DNA from: an uncultured delta proteobacterium
GTDB taxonomy: Bacteria; Myxococcota_A; Polyangia; Polyangiales; Houyiibacteriaceae
DNA: 64,000 nucleotides
NCBI GenBank assembly: GCA_963817725.1
Contig: CAWFPD010000006.1
Span: 19,723-83,722, forward strand
Direction: 5' to 3'
Shown: in pieces, positions 19,559-28,346 of the stretch
Layout of the letters: the number at the start of each line of letters is the position of its first letter
Numbering within the stretch: the first letter of the stretch is position 1
Position numbers and translations under genes: made by a program
Notes under the pieces: model-generated
Told to the model about the DNA's origin: nothing
The model's input: the letters and a program-made list of their open reading frames with translations, nothing else
Database searches by the model: none

Positions 19559-19634
19559 GAGCAAGGGGCGTGGCGTAGAGCTTCGAGCAGGGGGTTTGGC
19601 GTAGGGCGTCGAGCAAGGGGCGTGGGTCGAGCTC
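19559..19634. repeat. Three tandem ~26-bp direct repeats (gagcaaggggcgtggcgtagagcttc) upstream of the GH32 start
   Basis: Units at 19559-19584, 19585-19610 and 19611-19634. Confidence 0.7.
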
Positions 19635-19723
19635 GAGCTGGTCACGCCTGCCCCGTGGTGGCCATAGTCCCGTTCTACAGGACGAAGCCGCTTGGCGGGG
19701 CGGCCTGCTGAATTCGAACGAAG

Positions 19724-20272
19724 GCGCGCAACTTCCTCCAGTGTCGGCCGATAACCAAGCATGCGCCGCAGACGATGGCGGTTCTACGAAACCGTTTCGG
19801 CTGCGAGACCGGTCCAACGTTCTTTGACAACCGAACTGCAAACTCCCGTCCGACCCCACGGAGCTCCCCGAGGGCAACGCTGCCACCCCTGTCCAGATAT
19901 CCGTGACCCGAGCCGAAGCCACCGTTGTCCAGATATCCGGGAGTCGGCGAGCCGAAACCGCGCGCAATGAACCCGATGGACGCGCCGGCAAAGAAGGGGC
20001 CGGCGCGCCCGAGCGCCATGCGGTTGTCCAGATATCCGGGAGTCCCAGAGCCAACAAACCCACTGTCCAGAATCCGTCAGTCTCAACGAAGAAGGCAACG
20101 CTGTCCAGATATCCGTGAGCCCCGATGACGAAGGCAACGCTGTCCAGATATCCGTGACTCCGGCGTCGACGGCACCGTGAGCCAAGCTAGCGGACGGAAG
20201 GAACGCGCGCCTTCGGCGCGCGCCACGGGCGCGCGCAATCGCGCAACTCCCGCCGGCGGCGTCCGATACCCC
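19724..20272 (+). repeat. Copy F of the composite module, adjoining intact GH32 (junction, HigB-like stub, 6 x 23-bp repeats, GC hairpin, junction)
   Basis: Junction at 19724-19760. Stub ATG at 19761 (MRRRRWRFYETVSAARPV). Repeats at 19888, 19925, 20024, 20063 (1-nt deletion), 20101 and 20140. Hairpin at 20201-20224. Junction at 20231-20272. Positions 19948-20023 are nearly identical to 10168-10242. Confidence 0.85.
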
Positions 20273-20341
20273 ATCGATGCCAAAGCAAGAACCCCAAACC
20301 ACACGCGCTAGGCCCACCCAAGGCCGCGTGCTACTCTCACC

Positions 20342-20572
20342 ATGATGTCGACGATTCGCGCCCGAGTTCGCAATGGCCGCCTCATCGTGGACGCGCCGAC
20401 TGACCTTCCCGAAGGCACCGAGCTCGATCTCGTAATCGACGACGCTGGCGACGGTCTCGACGCGGCCGAACGCGCCGCGCTCCACGCCGCCATCGGGCAA
20501 GCATGGGCGTCGTTCCAAGCCGGGGAAGGGCGCCTCGCCGCCGACGTCCTAGCTGACCTAGCCAAGCGCTGA
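20342..20572 (+). CDS. Small antitoxin-like protein, orphan (no toxin partner seen)
   Basis: MMSTIRARVRNGRLIVDAPTDLPEGTELDLVIDD resembles a swapped-hairpin/AbrB-like N-terminus, followed by ...AERAALHAAIGQAWASFQAGEG. It is preceded by junction copy j. Confidence 0.4.
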   Translation: MMSTIRARVRNGRLIVDAPTDLPEGTELDLVIDDAGDGLDAAERAALHAAIGQAWASFQAGEGRLAADVLADLAKR

Positions 20573-20579
20573 GCCCTCC

Positions 20580-20760
20580 GTGGCCAGGCTACACCCAAAC
20601 CCAAGTCGCCGACCTCATCGGCTCCAGCCAATCCAGAGTCGCCAAGATGGAAGCCGGCGACCCAACCGTCTCGGTCGACCTCCTCATCCGCACCCTCCTC
20701 GCCCTCGGCGTAAACCGAAAGCAAGTGGGCAGGGCGATCGGCGCCGCCGCCTCGGCGTAA
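20580..20760 (+). pseudogene. 3' half of an XRE antitoxin gene (paralog of 16926/26606), no start codon
   Basis: Encodes GYTQTQVADLIGSSQSRVAKMEAGDPTVSVDLLIRTLLALGVNRKQVGRAIGAAASA*. A further 56-bp piece lies at 22295-22350. Confidence 0.75.
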
Positions 20761-20779
20761 CCAACAGTTCCAACCGACC

Positions 20780-22134
20780 TCACTCCGGCAACTCGACCCC
20801 CGCCAGCTCGAACGCCGTTGCCCACACCGTATGTTGGAGCCCTGGAACCGAGCGCGCGGGTCCGTGAAAGCCCTCAGGCACATGGAAGTGCCGGCCGTAG
20901 CTCGTCGCGTATTCGCTGTAGCCCTCCTGCTGGTCGATGCGGTCACTCTCGGGAGGCACTTCAAGCCCGATCGGTGACCATGGGTCCTTGCCGCCCGACA
21001 CGAACACCAGTGGAACCCCCGCGGTCTCTAGCGCTGCAACGTCCGCGGCTTGTCCCTCGTGCTCCCTCACGAGATCAACCCAAACAGCGCCTGGCACTGT
21101 TCCGCCCAGTCTTCCTCGGTGCGCTGCCAAATGCCGTCAGGCCCCGAGGTGCGAAACGTCCCGATGTCGGTGCACTGCTGCCACATCCAGGTGCGCTCCC
21201 ACGGGTACTTCTCGAGCGCCTCCTCGCGTGACAGCGTCTTCAGCGCCCGGTTCTCCGCCCAGGCGGTAGCCTCTCCACCGGAGAACGCCTGGTCCAGCTC
21301 GCGGCCTTCCTCGATGAGCTGCTCGGTCGTCCGCGTCGCCGCCAAGCTCTGAAAGACCGGCACCAGCGACTGATACGCTGCGTATTGCGTGAGCCCCGCG
21401 GCGATACCCTCGAAGAACTCGCGGTCGATCCAGGTCTGATCAAAGAGCTCGGCCGGTTGCAGGTTCTCGATATGTCCGACGGCGTCCGCATACGCCTCTT
21501 CCCCGAGGAGCTCCCTCGTGAACAGGTCGTACTCCGCAAACGCCACCGGGTGCTCGACGATGCCACTCGCATCGACCACCGCGACGACGTCTTCCGGGTA
21601 CTTCGCGGCATACTGAAGAACCAATCCGCCGGTATAGCTCGAACCAAGCACGAACCACGGGCCCGTGTAGATCTCCTGCAATGCATTCGCGACCTCATGG
21701 GCATCCTCGGCCGCCTCACGCCGCGACACGTAGTGCGGCGTAGTTTGATCCGGATTGTCCGACAGGCTGTTGCCGTATCCTCGATGCTCTAAGTCAACGA
21801 CGATCATGGGGATTCCGAGCCGCCCCTGAATGCTCCCGACGAATGCCTCGTCGATCGGCGGCTGCTCACCTCCGAGCGCGAACAGCACCGGTGCATCGGT
21901 CTCTACGCCATCTGGAACTCCTACGTTGATGTGTTGATCGACGTGTCCGTCCGACGCGCGGTCGCGAAACTCGGGCTGCCGCGCAACGTATTGAACGAGC
22001 GTGTGCCCCTCGCGTGCCTCTTCATTCGTTTTCATGACTTCGGTCGGCGGCACCTCGAGCGACTCGCCATCCGAGCCACACGCAGCCGTCAGCACCAGCG
22101 CCACAAGCGTCCAAACCCTCACTCTCGCACTCAT
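20780..22134 (-). pseudogene. S28-like serine peptidase (alpha/beta hydrolase) lipoprotein with a frameshift near 21065-21085
   Basis: Start MSARVRVWTLVALVLTAACGS. Nucleophile motif LGSSYTGG. The ORF ends ...EQCQALFGLIS*, while the next frame continues VDLVREHEG...PLVFVSGGKDPWSPIG. The break is at the ctgtttgggttg homopolymer runs. Confidence 0.6.
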
Positions 22135-22194
22135 CGCGAACCTCACCTTCTCGATGATCATCAAGAGGTAGTTAGGAGCACGAAGCCGAGGCCT

Positions 22195-22214
22195 CCATAC
22201 GTAATTCTTTCCGG
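22195..22214 (-). promoter_or_regulatory. AT-rich conserved motif ccggaaAGAATTACGTATGG (copy 1 of 3)
   Basis: Lies 61 nt upstream of the S28 peptidase start. The same 13-14-mer occurs at 37512-37534 and 40880-40903. Confidence 0.4.
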
Positions 22215-22362
22215 ACCGGCCGGCGCAAATCCTGCGCCAACCGTCGTGGCGGCCGCAGCTCACCCCTCCGCAGGCTCAAACACCGCCGAGAAAACCTCGG
22301 CTACACCCAAACCCAAGTCGCCGACCTCATCGGCTCCAGCCAATCCCGCGTCGCGGGGGCGG

Positions 22363-22937
22363 CTATTCCAGCGTCGCCATCTGGCTGCAGCTTTCGAACC
22401 GCAGCCCGTCTTTTTCTCGGAAGCGGTCGAAGCAAGCAAAGCGGACGGGCTTGCCTTCAGCAGCGGGTATGCGGGACGAGGACAGAATCCTGGTTCGTTC
22501 CACGCAGGCGGGCGTCCTCTTGCCCTTCTTCCCAATGATCACGACTCTCGCGAGGCGCCAGTTGTCCTCGTCCACCGAGTCGATCGTCGCGTTGAAACAG
22601 AAGCCGACGCAGTTGGAGGCGGGCTCGGGTCGCGGGAAGGATCCTCGCCCGCCGCGAGCTGCTCCTCGACCCATCGCTTCCAATCCGGCGCGTTCCAGTC
22701 GTAGCAACCGATCAAGCTCGCGCAGTTGCCGTAGCCGGTGGTGTCGCGCGATTCAGGCTCGACGAGGTCCTCAGCGAAATGGACCTGCCTCCGTGAGCTC
22801 GGCTGGCCCCGCAACCTGTTCCTCTTGCGCTTCAAGGCCCCTGAACCCACATCCGTCGTGCCGACGACGACGAGCAGCCCCAACGCAATGGCGACTCCAA
22901 CAAACGCGACACGAGCTCGACTTCCCCCAGCGTCCAT
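22363..22937 (-). pseudogene. Cys-rich family paralog P4, frameshifted
   Basis: The N-terminal part MDAGGSRARVAFVGVAIALGLLVVVG...CASLIGCYDWNAPDWKRW is in one frame. The C-terminal domain NCVGFCFNATIDSVDEDNWRLARVVIIGKKG...VRFACFDRFREKDGLRFESC is in another. The frames overlap at 22539-22707. Confidence 0.55.
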
Positions 22938-23165
22938 GCTCAACCAACCCCCCACAACCACAATACCAACCCCCGCGTCCGCACCCCAGTTGGCGTCGTC
23001 ACGAAACCCTGAGTTTCCAGTCAAAAACAACAAGCCGCGCGGCCTGTTCGTTTTCCGACGAAAGCACGCAACGTCGCCGCCTTATGGCCGATGACTGAGC
23101 ATGCGCGTCGACAACCAAATCCCAAGGGACATCCGTGACCCCCGAAGACGAGGCGCCGGATAGAG

Positions 23166-23187
23166 CTGTCCAGATATCCGCGCGTCC
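23166..23187 (+). repeat. Single 23-bp repeat copy (plus a decayed copy at ~23120-23142)
   Basis: ctgtccagatatccgcgcgtcc. Confidence 0.7.
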
Positions 23188-23242
23188 TACGAACTGGTTG
23201 CGCAATCGCGCAACTCCCGTCGCGACCGTCCGATAACCAACC

Positions 23243-23593
23243 ATGCACCGCAGACGATGGCGGTTCTACGAAACCGCTTCGGGTGCCAAGCCAGTTCAAG
23301 CGTTCCTTGACAACCTAACCGCAACCGAGGCCGCTGAAGTGGTGGCGGCCATGAAAGAGATCGCCCGGGAAGGCCTCCGTTTCGCTCGTCACCTCCGCGG
23401 CGACATCTGGGAGGTTCGCGTCGAGGCCGAACGCAAAGCGTTCCGCGTGCTGTTCAGCCCCGAGGGAAGGGCCCAACAGGTCCTCTTGGCTCTCGACGCG
23501 TTCACCAAGAAGACCCAAAAGACACCAGCTCGCATGATCGAGCTCGCTGAGCGTCGCCTGTCGGATTGGCGAAGCCGGGGAAGGGGAGCGTAG
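23243..23593 (+). CDS. Gp49-like/RelE-ParE superfamily toxin (intact)
   Basis: MHRRRWRFYETASGAKPVQAFLDNL...RHLRGDIWEVRVEAERKAFRVLFSPEGRAQQVLLALDAFTKKTQKTP. The ATG follows junction copy k directly. Confidence 0.8.
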   Translation: MHRRRWRFYETASGAKPVQAFLDNLTATEAAEVVAAMKEIAREGLRFARHLRGDIWEVRVEAERKAFRVLFSPEGRAQQVLLALDAFTKKTQKTPARMIELAERRLSDWRSRGRGA

Positions 23594-23633
23594 CGTTGAG
23601 GCGCATTGCCACCTCACAAAAGGTATACTACAT

Positions 23634-23990
23634 ATGATAAATCTCATGGGACGCCGAGCCAAACCAAGAGACGACCTCGAACGCTACATCGCGAATCGCG
23701 ACGCCCGCGAGCGCGGCTTCGCCGCCTTCGTCGCTAATGCAGAGGTGCGATTGGCCTTTGGCCGTCGGATGGCCGAACGCCGGCGAGCCAACGGCAAGAC
23801 GCAAACCCAAGTCGCAGCCCTCATGCAAACCTCTCCAGCCATCGTGAGCCGCCTCGAGTCGGGCCACGACGTCCGCGTCTCCACCCTCGAGAAGTACGTA
23901 GCCGCCCTAGGTTTGCGGCTCGAAATCAACGCCGTGCCGCCAATGAAGCCGACCACCGAAGCGTCGCGCGCACGCCGCGCGAAGAAGTAG
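23634..23990 (+). CDS. XRE-type HTH antitoxin
   Basis: KTQTQVAALMQTSPAIVSRLESGHDVRVSTLEKYVAALGLRLEINAV. Confidence 0.75.
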   Translation: MINLMGRRAKPRDDLERYIANRDARERGFAAFVANAEVRLAFGRRMAERRRANGKTQTQVAALMQTSPAIVSRLESGHDVRVSTLEKYVAALGLRLEINAVPPMKPTTEASRARRAKK

Positions 23991-24017
23991 TTTCGCACGC
24001 CGCTGGTTTCTGATCCC

Positions 24018-24611
24018 ATGCCCGAACCCGATCCAGCCAAAGTCAAAACCTTTGCGTCAGCAAAAACGCTGCGGCAATGGCTCAAAGCCAACCATGCCTC
24101 CGAAAACGAGCTTTGGATCAGGGTATTCAAAGTGAAGACGGGCAAACCAAGCGTCAGTTGGACTGAGATCGTCATGGAAACGCTATGCTGGGGCTGGATC
24201 GACGGCATCAAGAAGTCCATCGATGGCGAAGCCTACCTCCAGCGGATCACGCCACGAAAACCTCGAAGCAGTTGGTCCAAGCGGAACCGAGAGCATGCGG
24301 AGCGTTTGATCGGCGAGGGTCGCATGCAGGAGCCGGGGCTGGTGCAGGTCCGCGCCGCGAAGGCGGACGGACGCTGGAAGAATGCCTACGCGGCAAGCGA
24401 AATGAAACTGCCCGCGGATTTCCTGGCAGCGGTCGAACGCAAGCCCAAAGCGAAACAATGCTTTGAAACGTTGAACAAGACCAATCGATACGCCATCGCG
24501 TACGGACTCACGACGGCCAAGCGACCCGAAACCAGAAAGAAACGCTTCGACGAGTTCCTGGACATGCTCATCCGCGGAGAGAAGCCGGACTTCGGGTTCA
24601 AGAAAACATAG
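24018..24611 (+). CDS. YdeI/OmpD-associated family protein
   Basis: WLKANHASENELWIRVFKVKTGKPSV...CWGWIDGIKKSIDGEAYLQRITPRKPRSSWSKRN...TAKRPETRKKRFDEFLDML. Confidence 0.7.
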   Translation: MPEPDPAKVKTFASAKTLRQWLKANHASENELWIRVFKVKTGKPSVSWTEIVMETLCWGWIDGIKKSIDGEAYLQRITPRKPRSSWSKRNREHAERLIGEGRMQEPGLVQVRAAKADGRWKNAYAASEMKLPADFLAAVERKPKAKQCFETLNKTNRYAIAYGLTTAKRPETRKKRFDEFLDMLIRGEKPDFGFKKT

Positions 24612-24681
24612 CAAAGCAATGAAGCCGCCAATCGGAGAAGAGGCGATAGCGAGTGACGAACCGCGCCCAAGCGTGATGCCG

Positions 24682-24704
24682 TTGTCCAGATATCCGGGAG
24701 TCCC
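24682..24704 (+). repeat. Single 23-bp repeat copy
   Basis: ttgtccagatatccgggagtccc. Confidence 0.8.
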
Positions 24705-24730
24705 ACGGGCAATTATCCTAACGGTCGCCC

Positions 24731-24859
24731 GGGCCCATTGACCTCACCCCCCTCGCCGCTAGATCCACAGCATCCCCAAACCCCCACGCGCACGACGACG
24801 ACATGGCCCAACGCCTCTACGAACACAGTCGCGAGCTCGTGGGCCTGGAGGCCTCATGA
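24731..24859 (+). pseudogene. Internally deleted remnant of an SDR gene paralogous to 35639..36637
   Basis: 24731-24780 aligns with the promoter/start region 35599-35650, with the ATG mutated to ATC. 24781-24859 encodes ..HDDDMAQRLYEHSRELVGLEAS*, matching the SDR C-terminus. Its TGA overlaps the ATG of the next gene. Confidence 0.7.
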
Positions 24860-25998
24860 CCCAAACAATCTCCGGTGACGCCCTTCAATTGCGATCGATC
24901 ATCAAAAGCGACGGCACGCTCGAGTTGTCGCTCGAGACGCTCCCGATCCCCCAACCCAAAGACGACGAGGTGCTCGTTCGCATCGAAGCATCGCCGATCA
25001 ACCCGTCGGACCTCGGTCTTCTGTTCGGCGCCGCGGACCCGTCGACCATGCGCGCGTCGGGCAGTCCGGATCGCCCGGTCGTAACCGCAAGCGTTCCCGA
25101 GAAGTCCATGCGCGCGATGGCCGCCCGCGTCGACAAGTCGCTGCCAGTCGGCAACGAGGGCGCAGGCGTCGTCGTTGCGGCGGGCGCGGGCGCCCAGGCG
25201 CTGATCGGCAAAACCGTCGGCGTGGTCGGCGGCGCCATGTACTCACAGTACCGCTGCCTTCCAGCCAAGCAGGTGCTTCCCTTCCCCGAGGGCACAACCC
25301 CGGCAGATGCCGCATCCTGGTTCGTCAATCCCCTGACCTCGCTCGGCATGGTCGAGACGATGCGCCTCGAAGGCCACAAGGCCCTCGTACACACGGCCGC
25401 CGCCTCGAATCTCGGTCAGATGCTGCAGAAGGTCTGCCTCGCGGACGAAATTCCCCTCGTCAACATCGTGCGTAAACCCGAACAGGTCGAGCTACTCCGC
25501 GGCATGGGCGCCTCCCACGTATGCAACTCGAGCGAACCCACCTTCATGAAAGATCTCACCAACGCGCTCGTCGAGACGGGTGCGACGCTGGCGTTCGACG
25601 CAATCGGCGGCGGTACGCTGGCCGGGCAGATTCTCACCTGCATGGAAGCCGCCGCAAGTTCGACTGGGGCCGCGTACAGCCCCTACGGCTCCACTACACA
25701 CAAGCAGGTCTACATCTACGGCGGACTCGATCGCAGTCCCATCGTATTGAACCGCAGCTTCGGCATGGCCTGGGGCGTCGGCGGCTGGCTCTTGTTCCCG
25801 TTCCTCCAAAGGATCGGCCCCGAAGCCGTTCAGAAGCTGCAGACCCGCGTCGCCGCCGAAATCAAAACCACCTTCGCGAGCAACTACACCCGCGAGGTCT
25901 CCCTCGCCGAGGCCCTCACCCTCGAAGCGATCGCGGTCTACGGCAAACAAGCAACCGGCGAAAAGTTCCTACTCAACCCCAACAAGGGCATCGCCTGA
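24856..25998 (+). CDS. MDR-superfamily (zinc-type/quinone oxidoreductase-like) dehydrogenase
   Basis: DDEVLVRIEASPINPSDL, a GroES-like N-terminus, and the Rossmann region LVHTAAASNLGQML. Confidence 0.65.
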   Translation: MTQTISGDALQLRSIIKSDGTLELSLETLPIPQPKDDEVLVRIEASPINPSDLGLLFGAADPSTMRASGSPDRPVVTASVPEKSMRAMAARVDKSLPVGNEGAGVVVAAGAGAQALIGKTVGVVGGAMYSQYRCLPAKQVLPFPEGTTPADAASWFVNPLTSLGMVETMRLEGHKALVHTAAASNLGQMLQKVCLADEIPLVNIVRKPEQVELLRGMGASHVCNSSEPTFMKDLTNALVETGATLAFDAIGGGTLAGQILTCMEAAASSTGAAYSPYGSTTHKQVYIYGGLDRSPIVLNRSFGMAWGVGGWLLFPFLQRIGPEAVQKLQTRVAAEIKTTFASNYTREVSLAEALTLEAIAVYGKQATGEKFLLNPNKGIA

Positions 25999-26215
25999 AC
26001 ACACGGACGCCGATCCTCGCCGCCCTACGCAAACGACGCCCCTGAGCGACGGTCGAGAACAACAGGCCGCGCGGCCTCACCAAGGTTGATACGCAGCCAA
26101 CCGAGCTGGCCGAAGGAACGCGCGCCTTCGTCGCCCGCCACGGGCGCGCACAAACGCGCAACTTCGCGCGCCATCAACCGATGACTCCCATGACGAGGGG
26201 ATCATGTAGGCTCGC

Positions 26216-26241
26216 TTGCATATCCATGTCAGATATGACAT
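26216..26241 (+). promoter_or_regulatory. Candidate promoter/operator of the 26259 TA operon
   Basis: TTGCAT followed by the inverted repeat ATGTC-agatat-GACAT. Paralogous to 16536-16563. Confidence 0.45.
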
Positions 26242-26258
26242 AAACAGTTCATGGCTTC

Positions 26259-26609
26259 ATGCTGGATAAGCCGCTCGTTTGGCTTGGGAGCAAGGTTCGA
26301 AGTCCGCCGTTTTCCCAAGACGCTCGGCGGCAGGCGGGGTGGCTCGTGAGGCGGCTGCAGAACGGAGAAGCGCTTTCTATGCCGAAGTCCCGGCCCATGC
26401 CCGGCATCGGCCCGCGCTGCCATGAGCTCCGCATCGACGACCGCGAGACCGGGAAGACCTGGCGCATCATCTACCGAGTCGACCCCGACGCGATTGTCAT
26501 CGTCGATTCATTCGCAAAGAAGTCGCAGGCAACGCCCCGAACCGCGATCGCCCGCGCAGCACGGCGTCTCCGGCTCTACGACGCATCCGCCAAGGAGGCA
26601 CTGCAATGA
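26259..26609 (+). CDS. Gp49-like/RelE-ParE superfamily toxin (paralog of 16579)
   Basis: PLVWLGSKVRSPPFSQDARRQAGWLVRRLQNGE...CHELRIDDRETGKTWRIIYRVDPDAIVIVDSFAKKS. Confidence 0.8.
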   Translation: MLDKPLVWLGSKVRSPPFSQDARRQAGWLVRRLQNGEALSMPKSRPMPGIGPRCHELRIDDRETGKTWRIIYRVDPDAIVIVDSFAKKSQATPRTAIARAARRLRLYDASAKEALQ

Positions 26610-26929
26610 AGCAAGAGAAACGCCGCCGGCTCGAGGCCCAAGGCTGGAAGTTCGGCTCTGCAAAAGAGTTCCTCAACCTCACCGACGAAGATGTCGAGTA
26701 CATCGAGCTCCACCTCTCCCTCGCGGCCCTCCTCACAAAACGAAGAAACTACCTCGGCTACACCCAAACCGAAGTCGCCGCCCTCATCGGCTCCAGCCAA
26801 TCCCGCGTCGCCAAAATGGAATCCGGCGACCCAAGCGTCTCCGTCGACCTCCTCATCCGCACCCTCCTAGCCCTCGGCGTAAACCGAAAGCAAGTGGGTA
26901 GGGCGATCGGAGCAGCTGCTTCTGCGTAG
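26606..26929 (+). CDS. XRE-family HTH antitoxin (paralog of 16926)
   Basis: LGYTQTEVAALIGSSQSRVAKMESGDPSVSVDLLIRTLLALG, with a 4-nt overlap with the toxin. Confidence 0.8.
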   Translation: MKQEKRRRLEAQGWKFGSAKEFLNLTDEDVEYIELHLSLAALLTKRRNYLGYTQTEVAALIGSSQSRVAKMESGDPSVSVDLLIRTLLALGVNRKQVGRAIGAAASA

Positions 26930-27082
26930 GCTCCAACGACACTGCAAAGACAACGGGCCGCGGGGGCCTCAGCGAAGTCGATACCCCGCTAGCCGAGCTC
27001 GCCCGAAGGAACGAGCGCCTTCGGCGCGCGCCACCATTGCCACATCCCCCGTCTCCACCAGGACACGCTATCCTAGCCGTCG

Positions 27083-27586
27083 ATGGCAGCCGCGACTCCC
27101 AAGATCGAGCTCATCTACGACCCTGACTGCCCGAACGTGGAGCGGGCGCGCGAACGGCTTCGCCAGGTCGTAGAGGCGGCAGGAGCTTCCCTGGGGGTGG
27201 TCGGCGGCCACGTCGCGTTCGTCGATCAAGATGGTGGGCGAGCCATGGCCTCGCGCGTAGTCGGGGAGCGCGGGATCGTCGCTCCGCCACTCGGTCCAAG
27301 CGAGGCCTTGGCCGCGCTCGGCGATGCCAACCAACGAAAGCACGGCCTGCGTTTCGAAGACGCAAAGTCCATCTTCATCTGGGAAGCCGACCGATTGGAT
27401 GAGCGCGACGAATGGCACCCAGCGAGCGAGGAGCGTTTCATCTCGATTGGGCCGATCGCGCTGGGCCTCGTCACCGTCGTCTGGACTGAGCCGGTTGACG
27501 ACTTGGTGCGGATCATCAGCGTGCGTCTGTCGACGAGGCGCGAGCGTGAAAGATACTGGCGATACAAGTCCGGTGACTACGCATGA
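27083..27586 (+). pseudogene. Chimeric ORF: rearranged thioredoxin-like remnant fused in frame to a 5'-truncated BrnT toxin
   Basis: The N-terminus is KIELIYDPDCPNVERARERLRQ. From ANQRKHGLRFEDAKSIF... the sequence parallels BrnT 17441 but lacks its first 13 codons. The opposite strand of 27172-27300 encodes AWTEWRSDDPALPDYARGHGSPTILIDERDVAA...SSCRLY. Confidence 0.5.
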
Positions 27587-27906
27587 CTGACGATCTGGAA
27601 ATTCGCGAGCTGACGGACGCCGATTTCAAAAGGATGATTCCGGCGCCGGTCAGGCGGCGCATACGCGAAGGACGGATCGAGTCTGGTAGAGACATCATCC
27701 TGCTTCGGCGCTTCGTCGGCCTTAGTCAGAAAGAGTTCGCGCGCGCTCTCGAGATCAGCGTTCACACACTGCGTAACTGGGAGCAAGGCCGCCGCCAACC
27801 CGAAGGCCCCGCCATCGCGCTACTGAAAATCGCGGCCCGGCATCCAAACATCGTTCGGCAAGCAGCAGGCCGCGGGCCATCTTCGCCCAGCGCAAAGAGC
27901 CGCTAA
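27583..27906 (+). CDS. HTH antitoxin, paralog of 17734..18060
   Basis: LRRFVGLSQKEFARALEISVHTLRNWEQGRRQPEGPAIALLKIAARHP. Confidence 0.75.
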   Translation: MTDDLEIRELTDADFKRMIPAPVRRRIREGRIESGRDIILLRRFVGLSQKEFARALEISVHTLRNWEQGRRQPEGPAIALLKIAARHPNIVRQAAGRGPSSPSAKSR

Positions 27907-27957
27907 CCGGCCTCGTCGGCCCCCCGCAACTTCCACTCCGTCGGCCGATAATAAAGT

Positions 27958-28221
27958 ATGTCCAACACACTCCTAGAATCCACCGGGAAAGGAAGGTTTG
28001 CTTTGCCCATGGCCGTGATCGTCCACTGGAACGGTGTCGACGTTCCTGAAGAGCTGAAAGCCCTGAAGAAGGGCCGCTACGTGCTCGTCCCGATCGACGA
28101 GCCGCCTGAGCTCACCGAAGAGCAAGAGGCCGGCCTCGAGGCCGCGCTCGCGTCCGTGCGTGAGGGGCAAGGTCTCTCGCGAGATGAGGCGTACGCGAAA
28201 GCCAAGGCAAACCTAGAGTGA
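27958..28221 (+). CDS. ParD-like small antitoxin
   Basis: The ATG follows junction copy l. The C-terminus is LTEEQEAGLEAALASVREGQGLSRDEAYAKAKANLE. The stop overlaps the GTG of a ParE-like stub. Confidence 0.5.
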   Translation: MSNTLLESTGKGRFALPMAVIVHWNGVDVPEELKALKKGRYVLVPIDEPPELTEEQEAGLEAALASVREGQGLSRDEAYAKAKANLE

Positions 28222-28346
28222 CGGGTCTCGTCGTAGCGCTCGAGGCGCTCGACGACCTGGCGGCTGCAACGACCTACATCGCTCGCGATAATCCGGCCGC
28301 GGTGACCAAGTCACGCCAAGGGGCGGCCTGTTGGAATTCGAACGAA
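28218..28346 (+). pseudogene. 5' stub of a ParE/RelE-family toxin truncated by junction copy m
   Basis: MTGLVVALEALDDLAAATTYIARDNPAAV... then the homology is lost where junction 28347-28385 begins. Confidence 0.55.

Noticed and set aside
19218-20964. Minus-strand ORFs 19218..20063, 19784..20518 and 20308..20964
   Set aside because: They span the repeat clusters, junction elements and antisense of plus-strand cassette sequences. Their composition is Arg/Ser/Gly-rich and non-protein-like.
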